A stretch of 64,000 nt of DNA from an uncultured Rikenella sp. Lineage in GTDB: Bacteria; Bacteroidota; Bacteroidia; Bacteroidales; VadinHA17. The stretch covers positions 131,930 to 195,929 of the forward strand of contig CAYVYM010000001.1 of the NCBI GenBank assembly GCA_964455705.1. The letters are read 5' to 3'. Both the position numbers and the translations under genes were made by a program. Below, piece by piece: positions 10,396 through 17,657 of this stretch (position 1 is its first letter; every line of letters begins with the position of its first letter). A model generated the notes under the pieces. It searched no databases. It worked only from the letters and a program-made list of their open reading frames with translations, and was not told the origin of the DNA.

Positions 10396-11823
10396 ATGGC
10401 CCTGTTCACCCCCGTGCGACGGTGGCAGCCTGCCTTTCGTCCGTTCAGGAGGCTGTCTGCCGGGGGGCGGATGCTGGCATTTACAGAGAGGGTGGTCAAA
10501 GGGCCACTCTTCGGATGCAGGATGTGCGGTAACTGTCTCCTCCAGGAGACAGCCTACATCTGTCACATGGCGTGCCCAAAGGGGATACGTAACGGTCCCT
10601 GCGGGGGCGTGAACAAAGGGTATTGCTACGTTGACCCCACAAGACGCTGTGCGTGGCACCTCATATATGAGCGGTCGCGCAGGATGAACCGTGAGCATAA
10701 GCTTCTTGAGGTACTCCCGCCGGTAGACTGGGACAGGGCAGGGACAGAGACATGGGGCGAGGTGGTGAGAAAGGTAAGGGAGGCGGGGCTCCGGAGCTTT
10801 ATGCTTCCCTCTGCCAGAAAAGGGAAGAGCGTCGGGGCACAGCTCGAAGAAAAGGTTTTCAGGCCGATAAGGCAGCCCGACTGGTGGAGAGGTGATGCGC
10901 AGTATCACCCCCCGGCAGTGACTGAGCCGCAGTCGCGCCTTGAGGGCGGACTGCGCAGCGGAAGGTTCGTCATCACCGCCGAGGTACAACCGCCGCTGGG
11001 CGCGGCCACGGCAAGGCTTGAAGAAAAGATCAGGCTGGTCAAGCCCTGGGTCACCGCAATAAATTTTACCGACGGATCATCAGCTATCCCGAGAATGTCA
11101 AGCACCGCCTGCTCTGCCGTGGCCGCATCACTCGGTGCAGATCCGGTGATGCAGATCTCTGCCCGCGACAATACACGCAACAGCCTCCAGTCGCAGGCAA
11201 TAGGAGCAAACGCCCTGGGAATATATAATATCCTCTGCCTCTCGGGAGACAGTCCGGGCGTGGGACCAAAACCACGGGGTAACATGAACATCGTCGACAT
11301 CGATTCTGTGCAGATGCTATGGATCCTGAGACGCATGAGGGATGAAGGCATCTATCTCGACGGGCGTGAAATAAAAAACAGACCCCGGCTCTTCCTCGGA
11401 GCGGCAGCGGCCCCCCTGGCGCAGGATCCTTCACTGCAGGTCATACGTGACAGGAAGAAGATCTATGCAGGGGCTCAGTTCCTGCAGACAAACCTTGTCT
11501 TTGCCCCTGACATGCTTGACCCCTGGCTCGAATGCCTTGATAAGGAGGGTCTGCTTGACAAGGTGTATATCCTCGTGGGCATAAGCCCGCTCAGATCGCT
11601 GAAGCTGGCACGGTACCTCAATGACAAAATACCCGGGGTGACCATTCCCGATGCCGTGATGAAAAGACTGGAGGGTGCCGGTGACAGATTCCAGGAAGAG
11701 AGCATAGCTATCACGGTTGAGAATATAAAGCGTCTGCGCGGGAAGCACGGGGTCAGCGGTGTTCATCTCATGCCGCTGGGGTGGGAGGTCGCCATACCTC
11801 AAATCATGGGGGATGCACTATGA
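10396..11823 (+). CDS. Fused MetV-like (MTHFR C-terminal Cys-rich domain) / MetF-like methylenetetrahydrofolate reductase
   Basis: The N-terminal module is Cys-rich (CRMCGNCLL..CHMACPKGIRNGPCGG). The rest resembles the MTHFR TIM barrel (INFTDGSS, LCLSGD, GAQFLQTN, GVSGVHLMPLG). An alternative start is ATG 10471. The gene lies 7 nt after the xylA stop. Confidence 0.7.
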   Translation: MALFTPVRRWQPAFRPFRRLSAGGRMLAFTERVVKGPLFGCRMCGNCLLQETAYICHMACPKGIRNGPCGGVNKGYCYVDPTRRCAWHLIYERSRRMNREHKLLEVLPPVDWDRAGTETWGEVVRKVREAGLRSFMLPSARKGKSVGAQLEEKVFRPIRQPDWWRGDAQYHPPAVTEPQSRLEGGLRSGRFVITAEVQPPLGAATARLEEKIRLVKPWVTAINFTDGSSAIPRMSSTACSAVAASLGADPVMQISARDNTRNSLQSQAIGANALGIYNILCLSGDSPGVGPKPRGNMNIVDIDSVQMLWILRRMRDEGIYLDGREIKNRPRLFLGAAAAPLAQDPSLQVIRDRKKIYAGAQFLQTNLVFAPDMLDPWLECLDKEGLLDKVYILVGISPLRSLKLARYLNDKIPGVTIPDAVMKRLEGAGDRFQEESIAITVENIKRLRGKHGVSGVHLMPLGWEVAIPQIMGDAL

Positions 11824-13610
11824 AGCTGCTGACATCAAGGGAACTGGCCAGGGCCACTAACCTTGACACGCCGCGAGGGGTAATCATTGCCGAAGCCCTG
11901 ATGCAGATCTTCCGCTACAACAAGGTAAACAAGGTATACTCCAGCACCTATGACATTGACCCCCAGGTATTCATCAACTCCATCCTTGAACACCTTGACA
12001 TAAGGTATGAGGTTCCCGAAAAGGATCTTGCCAACCTGCCATCGTCAGGCCCTTTCGTCACCGTATCAAACCACCCCTTTGGAGGCATTGATGCCCTCAT
12101 ACTTTTAAAGATACTCATGTCTGGCCGCTCCGATGTCAGGGTGATGGCCAACTTCCTGCTTCAAAAAATCGATCCTTTGGGGAAGCATATCCTTCCTGCC
12201 GAACCTGCTGACAGTCAGGGAGAGAGAAGCTCATCATTCACCGGAATCAGGGAGGCGCTGAGGTATGTCAGTGAAGGGCATGTTGTGGCTCTCTTCCCGG
12301 CAGGAGAGGTATCAACCTACCAGTCTGACTCGAACCTGATCATTGACAGGGAGTGGCAGGAGCAGATCATCAGGGCCGTCAGGATGGCCGGGGTACCTGT
12401 GGTTCCGGTATATTTTCACGGCACCAACTCACGCTGGTTCCATATCCTCGGCCGCATTCATCCGCTGCTGCGAACAGCCAGGCTTGGGTCGGAACTGATT
12501 AACAAACGCCATAAGCTGATCAGGATTCGGATTGGCAAGCCTGTGAGCGTGAAGGAACAGGCAGACTTCAGTGACACCGCCCGCCTGGGACGTTATCTCC
12601 GGGCAAGGACCTATTCATTGGGTTCCTCCCTTGAAGCCAAACCTTTCTTTAGTGGCCTGAGGCGCAGAAAAAGCGCCAGACAGGAGCCGGTAGCCCCTGC
12701 GTCCGACAAGGCTCTGCTGAGGGAAGAGATAAACACGATGAGACCGTCGCATGAACTCTTCTCGACCAGGAACTATATCGTCTTGTTTGCCCCCACCAGG
12801 GTGATGCCAAACCTCATCAGGGAGATCGGCAGGCTTCGTGAGATAACCTTCAGGGCTGTGGGTGAAGGGACGAACAGGGCCAGTGACCTTGATGAATATG
12901 ACTTCTATTATCATCATCTTATTGTCTGGGATGACCAGGAAGGAGCGCTTGTAGGCGCATACAGGATAGGCAAAGGGAAGGAGATACTCAGTCAGTACGG
13001 CATCAAGGGGTTCTATATCAATACGCTGTTCCGTATCCGCAAGTCGTTTGCACCTGTTCTGGGTGAGTCACTCGAACTGGGCAGATCATTTATCGTTCAG
13101 GAATACCAACGCAAGGCAATGTCACTGTTCCTGCTCTGGAAAGGCCTCCTGACAGTACTTCTCAACCATGCCGAATACCGGTACCTGATAGGACCCGTCA
13201 GCATCAGCAACGACTTTTCCCCCCTGTCCAAATCGCTTATAGTCGAATTCGTCCGGAACAACCATTTTGACCCGGAGATGGCACGGTTTGTCAGACCGAG
13301 GAAGGAGTTCATCATGAAGGTCGATAAGCGCGTTGACAGCTCAATCATCATAGACTCCGCAGAAAAAGACATCAGCAGGGTCGAGAAGGTTGTAGGCGAT
13401 GTCGATAACGGATACCGGATACCCGTCCTGCTTAAAAAGTACCTTGAACTGAATGCCCGTATTATAGGTTTTAATGTGGATCCTGATTTCAATAACTGCC
13501 TTGACGGACTGATAATGGTTGATGTTTACATGATACCCGCAGAATTTGTCAATGCACTCTCCCGGGACCAGAGTGAGGAGGATATTGGTAAAAGATTCAG
13601 GCCAATGTAG
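11820..13610 (+). CDS. Bifunctional acyltransferase, OlsF-like (PlsC-type O-acyltransferase + GNAT-like N-acyltransferase; aminolipid synthesis)
   Basis: The N-terminal part has the acyltransferase motif VSNHPFGGIDALIL and FPAGEVS. The C-terminal ~270 aa are OlsB/hemolysin-like (GNAT-type). The start ATG 11820 overlaps the upstream stop (ATGA). The ORF-track start at 11781 was rejected. Confidence 0.65.
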   Translation: MKLLTSRELARATNLDTPRGVIIAEALMQIFRYNKVNKVYSSTYDIDPQVFINSILEHLDIRYEVPEKDLANLPSSGPFVTVSNHPFGGIDALILLKILMSGRSDVRVMANFLLQKIDPLGKHILPAEPADSQGERSSSFTGIREALRYVSEGHVVALFPAGEVSTYQSDSNLIIDREWQEQIIRAVRMAGVPVVPVYFHGTNSRWFHILGRIHPLLRTARLGSELINKRHKLIRIRIGKPVSVKEQADFSDTARLGRYLRARTYSLGSSLEAKPFFSGLRRRKSARQEPVAPASDKALLREEINTMRPSHELFSTRNYIVLFAPTRVMPNLIREIGRLREITFRAVGEGTNRASDLDEYDFYYHHLIVWDDQEGALVGAYRIGKGKEILSQYGIKGFYINTLFRIRKSFAPVLGESLELGRSFIVQEYQRKAMSLFLLWKGLLTVLLNHAEYRYLIGPVSISNDFSPLSKSLIVEFVRNNHFDPEMARFVRPRKEFIMKVDKRVDSSIIIDSAEKDISRVEKVVGDVDNGYRIPVLLKKYLELNARIIGFNVDPDFNNCLDGLIMVDVYMIPAEFVNALSRDQSEEDIGKRFRPM

Positions 13611-13666
13611 ACCTGATGTCGGTCTGTGGACCACGGATCCGACATAAAATGTGGATATGAAAACGC

Positions 13667-13691
13667 AGAGGCAGGTCCCGGATCTGCCTCT
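13667..13691 (-). terminator. Candidate terminator hairpin after ppiD
   Basis: 8-bp arms AGAGGCAG/CTGCCTCT with a 9-nt loop. Read on the minus strand it is followed by GCGTTTTC. Confidence 0.4.
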
Positions 13692-13715
13692 AGCTATTTA
13701 TCAAAGGATAATTTT

Positions 13716-15836
13716 CTAATAGAATTTATACCTCATATCCTCAACCTCTTTCTTGTCGCGGATAGCCTGGTAAGCCTCGTAGGAGGCGCGTATCTGGTAG
13801 TTGGAATTCAGCCTCTCACGGACCATTGCCATATCTTCAGCTGCTACCGGTTCAGCGGTATTGACCACGAACAGGTAGACACCGTTATTACCCTCAACCG
13901 GTTTAGAGAGCAATCCCGCTTCTGATGCCGATGCGGCCGAGATGAGACCCGGTTCGATGCCTGCTCCCGGCACTGAGAATGACCTGAAGTTGATGCCGGT
14001 TGCATCCTGTACAGTCGTATTATAGTGTGAGGCGATATCATAAATCGTTTTCCCTTCGGCGGCCAGTTTCTTCATCTCCGCTGAGATCACCTCCGCCTTC
14101 TTGTTTTTTGCCAGGATAAACCTGATGTCTGAAGTGACAGCTTCGATCGGAGCCGTTCCCTCTTCCTGAACCCTGCTGCAGTAAGCTACTACATACTTGT
14201 CAGGAAGCTCGAAGACCGCCTGGCTGCTGTTGTCAAGAACAATTGTCCCCTGCTTGCTGTTCTGGAAGAGAGCCATCACCAGCCCTCTTGCCTGCTCCAG
14301 TCCTGGAAGCTCTTTCTGATCAGGGGTGACATTCATGGCCAGCTTCTTGTTCAGGCTGCCGGCAGCAACTGCCTTGTTGAACTTCTCATATGTGTCATTC
14401 GTGCCTGCAAACTGTGATGCCTCAGCATAAATACGCTGCGTTGTCACGTTGCTTGGGATCACCTGGCGGTCAACAATGCCAATATCATATTTTTTCACCC
14501 TGCGGCTCTGATCAAGAATCTTGATAATATGCAGTCCGTATGTAGTCTCAACCGTTACAAGGTCTCCCTTCTGGCTGCTGAAGCATGCGTTATTGAAAGG
14601 TATGATCATCATCCCCTCACTGAACCATCCGAGATCACCCCCTACCTGGGCTGACCCCTGATCATCTGAGTTGGCCATGGCCAGTATATTGAAGTCGATC
14701 CCTGACCTGATGAGGCTTATCAGGCTGTCTGCCTCCCTCTTTGCCTGGGTCATGCTTCTGACAGCATTGGGCGACAGGAGTATGTGTGCTGCCCTCACGG
14801 AGTCCGGACGCTCGGCTATGTCAACGATGCGTGCGAGCTTATAGGCACCGTTTTCAAACCAGGGCCCTGCGACAGCATTTCTGTCACCTGAAAGTGCCAG
14901 CTCCCGGAGGTTCTCCGGGAGATCTGAAAGGGTGCTGTAGAAACCCGTATGACGATTGTCTGCCGTCAGGTTGATATACTGGGGCAGGTCGGTTGCAGCC
15001 GCGAAGTTCTCCGCCTCTCTCTTCGCCCAGTCTTCCGTCTCTTTCAGATCGGAGTCCGACGGAGCTACTTCAAATACCATGTATTCCATGTCACGCTGGG
15101 CCGGGCGCATATAGTTATCCTTATGCCCGTCGAAGTATTTTTTTATCTCATCAGAGGTAACAGTAACGGCACTGTCGGGCACTGTCGCATAGTTACGTGC
15201 CATATAGCTGAAGCTGACGGTATTGGCCAGGAGACTGGCTTCATATTCAGCCTGTTTGCCTGTGACGTATAGTCCCTTTGACATGAGGTTCACAAGCTTG
15301 GTGTTCAGCCTGTCATTGATGATCTGGTCCTCAAAGAAGAGCCAGTATCTTTTGGTAGCCTCATCGGTCTCAGTGGCCTTCAGAAAGTTGACAAGGAACG
15401 ATGCGTTAAACATGCCGGTGTTCGGATCAGTGAAAAGCTGCCTCACTATCGGATGCGGGTCATCTCCGAAGACCAGCATCTCGACCTCGTCAGGACTCAC
15501 TCCCAGGCCGATCTTTTTATATGTCTTGTCCATCAGTTTTTCGGTAAGCATCTGCTGCCATACCTGCTCCCTGATGCTGGTCAGCATCTCCTCATTCACC
15601 TCGGTGGTGCCTGACATTTTATATATCTCCACGAGGTCCTGCACCCTGGCTTCATAGTCCTGGTATGAAACAGACTCGCCGTCAATGCGCGCAAGCTCAT
15701 AGTATTTGCTTGCCTTCCGGCGCTGTGCAGTATTGTTTCCGAAAAAATCACTTACAACAAAGAGAAGCAGTGAAACCCCAATCACACCTGCAACAAGTGG
15801 TCCTGCCTTCTCTCTTAATGTCTGAAGTATTGCCAT
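13716..15836 (-). CDS. ppiD: Periplasmic chaperone / peptidyl-prolyl isomerase PpiD-like
   Basis: 706 aa. The N-terminus is a membrane anchor (GPLVAGVIGVSLLLFVV). It also has a SurA-N-like region and a parvulin-type segment (RAAHILL...GGDLGWF). Confidence 0.8.
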   Translation of the reverse strand: MAILQTLREKAGPLVAGVIGVSLLLFVVSDFFGNNTAQRRKASKYYELARIDGESVSYQDYEARVQDLVEIYKMSGTTEVNEEMLTSIREQVWQQMLTEKLMDKTYKKIGLGVSPDEVEMLVFGDDPHPIVRQLFTDPNTGMFNASFLVNFLKATETDEATKRYWLFFEDQIINDRLNTKLVNLMSKGLYVTGKQAEYEASLLANTVSFSYMARNYATVPDSAVTVTSDEIKKYFDGHKDNYMRPAQRDMEYMVFEVAPSDSDLKETEDWAKREAENFAAATDLPQYINLTADNRHTGFYSTLSDLPENLRELALSGDRNAVAGPWFENGAYKLARIVDIAERPDSVRAAHILLSPNAVRSMTQAKREADSLISLIRSGIDFNILAMANSDDQGSAQVGGDLGWFSEGMMIIPFNNACFSSQKGDLVTVETTYGLHIIKILDQSRRVKKYDIGIVDRQVIPSNVTTQRIYAEASQFAGTNDTYEKFNKAVAAGSLNKKLAMNVTPDQKELPGLEQARGLVMALFQNSKQGTIVLDNSSQAVFELPDKYVVAYCSRVQEEGTAPIEAVTSDIRFILAKNKKAEVISAEMKKLAAEGKTIYDIASHYNTTVQDATGINFRSFSVPGAGIEPGLISAASASEAGLLSKPVEGNNGVYLFVVNTAEPVAAEDMAMVRERLNSNYQIRASYEAYQAIRDKKEVEDMRYKFY

Positions 15837-16026
15837 CTGAAAACTAGTTAAATAATTGAATTTACCTCTTGAAAAATACAGGCGACAAATATAACAAAAT
15901 TCAGTTAAACAAAAGGATGGGGGTATCTTCTCATTTAATAAACCGGCGTCTGAATGTGATAATTCTCATGTTTCCTGTTTATCTTGCCGTAAGATAATAT
16001 ATTGTAACTATCTAAAAAATAAAGAT

Positions 16027-17646
16027 ATGTCAAGAAACCTGAGAGGCCTCTCTGCGCGAAAAGGTGTGGCAGTGGGGCTCTATGAAGAGGTTGTCAGGGC
16101 TACCGGCCAGGTTGATGCTTCGGGTGATGAGAGGCTGCTTACTGTTGCAGGTGATTTCATGACAGGCCATGCCGCTGTTATGGGAGCAAGCTCCTTTTAC
16201 GATTTCCTTCGCAGTGATCATATCGGGAAAAAGGTGTTCGTCTGTGACGGCACTGCCTGTCTCACTTCAGGCAGGCAGGCTGACGTTAAGCGAAGCCTGA
16301 TGGAGAGTTTCGCAGGGCATGAGATCGGGGTTGTGACATGCCTTGGGCACTGTCATACAAACGATGCATTCATGGTCAACGGTGAAGTACGGATCGTGGG
16401 CAGTGACGACACGGCCCCGGCTATGTTGACCTCAACCAATGCTGACAGGCCGGCACTGCTGACACCCACGGGTGATACCAGGGAATACTACTCCCTTGCA
16501 GACAGATGGGTGTCTGACACCGCAACTGCGCTTAAGGAGCTGGAGCTGTCAGGACTGAGGGGACGCGGCGGCGCCGGATTCCCGTATCATCTGAAGGTAA
16601 AATCATCACTTGAGGCGAAGTCCGCAAGGAAATACATTGTTTGTAATGCCGATGAGGGTGATCCAGGTGCTTTCTCTGACAAGTGGCTCCTCGAGGAGCG
16701 GCCTCACTCGGTGCTCTTCGGGATGTTGATGACGGGTATTATCACCGGGGCTGATACCGGCGTGGTTTATATCCGGGGCGAATATCCGCTTGCCGTGAGA
16801 AAAATGAGGGAGGCCGTGAGGGAGCTTGTGGACGCCGGAATCACTGCAGGCCCGGCAGGTCAGGGCGCCCTCCGGTTCCGCTTTCATGTTGTTGAAGGGT
16901 CAGGAGCATATATTTGTGGCGAAGAGACCTCGTTACTCAACTCCCTGGAGGGCCTGCGGCCCGAGGTCAGGACCCGTCCGCCTTTCCCGGCCGTCTATGG
17001 GCTCTTTGGAATGCCCACCGTGCTGAGCAACGTAGAGACCTTCGCCAACATACATTATATACTTAAGGAAGGCGGCTCCGTCTATGCCGCTCTTGGCACG
17101 GAGAAGTCGCCCGGCACAAAACTGGTCTCTCTTGACGGCGCCTTCAACAGGCCGGGACTGCTTGAAGTGAGGATGGGAACAGCGCTCCGAACCGTGCTCG
17201 ACGAAATGGGAGGAGGAACACGATACCCCGTCAAGGCGTTCCAGGTAGGAGGACCCCTGGGTGGCCTGGTGCCTGCCTCAAAGGTCGATGACCTGACACT
17301 CGATTTCGAGTCGTTCAGCAGGGAGGGGTTCCTGCTGGGCCATGCAGGAATAGTATCAATACCTGAGGACTTTCCGATCATTAAACTCCTTGAGCACCTG
17401 TTTGAATTTACAGAGAGAGAGTCATGCGGAAAATGCTTCCCCTGCCGAATCGGATCCGTACGTGGTCATGAACTGCTGTCCGGAGCTGCTGAAAAAGGCC
17501 GGAAGATAGACAGGCAGCTCTTTGATGATCTCCTGGAGACGATGCAAATTGGCTCACTGTGCGCACTTGGCGGTGGCCTGCCATTGCCTGTAATGAATGC
17601 GCTGCACTATTTCAGCGATGAACTTGAAGAGTACTTCACAGCCTAG
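16027..17646 (+). CDS. NAD(P)H-binding flavoprotein subunit of formate dehydrogenase (fused NuoE-like 2Fe-2S + NuoF-like)
   Basis: NuoE-type cysteine pattern VCDGTAC...CLGHCH. NuoF FMN/NAD motif GLRGRGGAGFP. 4Fe-4S motif ESCGKCFPCRIG. Confidence 0.85.
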   Translation: MSRNLRGLSARKGVAVGLYEEVVRATGQVDASGDERLLTVAGDFMTGHAAVMGASSFYDFLRSDHIGKKVFVCDGTACLTSGRQADVKRSLMESFAGHEIGVVTCLGHCHTNDAFMVNGEVRIVGSDDTAPAMLTSTNADRPALLTPTGDTREYYSLADRWVSDTATALKELELSGLRGRGGAGFPYHLKVKSSLEAKSARKYIVCNADEGDPGAFSDKWLLEERPHSVLFGMLMTGIITGADTGVVYIRGEYPLAVRKMREAVRELVDAGITAGPAGQGALRFRFHVVEGSGAYICGEETSLLNSLEGLRPEVRTRPPFPAVYGLFGMPTVLSNVETFANIHYILKEGGSVYAALGTEKSPGTKLVSLDGAFNRPGLLEVRMGTALRTVLDEMGGGTRYPVKAFQVGGPLGGLVPASKVDDLTLDFESFSREGFLLGHAGIVSIPEDFPIIKLLEHLFEFTERESCGKCFPCRIGSVRGHELLSGAAEKGRKIDRQLFDDLLETMQIGSLCALGGGLPLPVMNALHYFSDELEEYFTA

Positions 17647-17650
17647 GAGG
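17645..17650 (+). promoter_or_regulatory. Shine-Dalgarno-like AGGAGG
   Basis: A perfect AGGAGG lies 7 nt upstream of the ATG at 17658. No comparable site was seen before the other genes I inspected in this window. Confidence 0.5.
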
Positions 17651-17657
17651 AGTAACC

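Noticed and set aside
10381-10989. 202-aa minus-strand ORF overlapping the MetV-MetF gene
   Set aside because: It is antisense to a motif-supported gene. The translation is Pro/Arg-rich and low in complexity, which is typical of a GC-rich shadow frame.
13616-13645. Imperfect hairpin (ATGTCGG…CCGACAT) just after the OlsF-like gene
   Set aside because: The stem is interrupted, and an A-tract rather than a T-tract follows on the relevant strand. It is not convincing as an intrinsic terminator.
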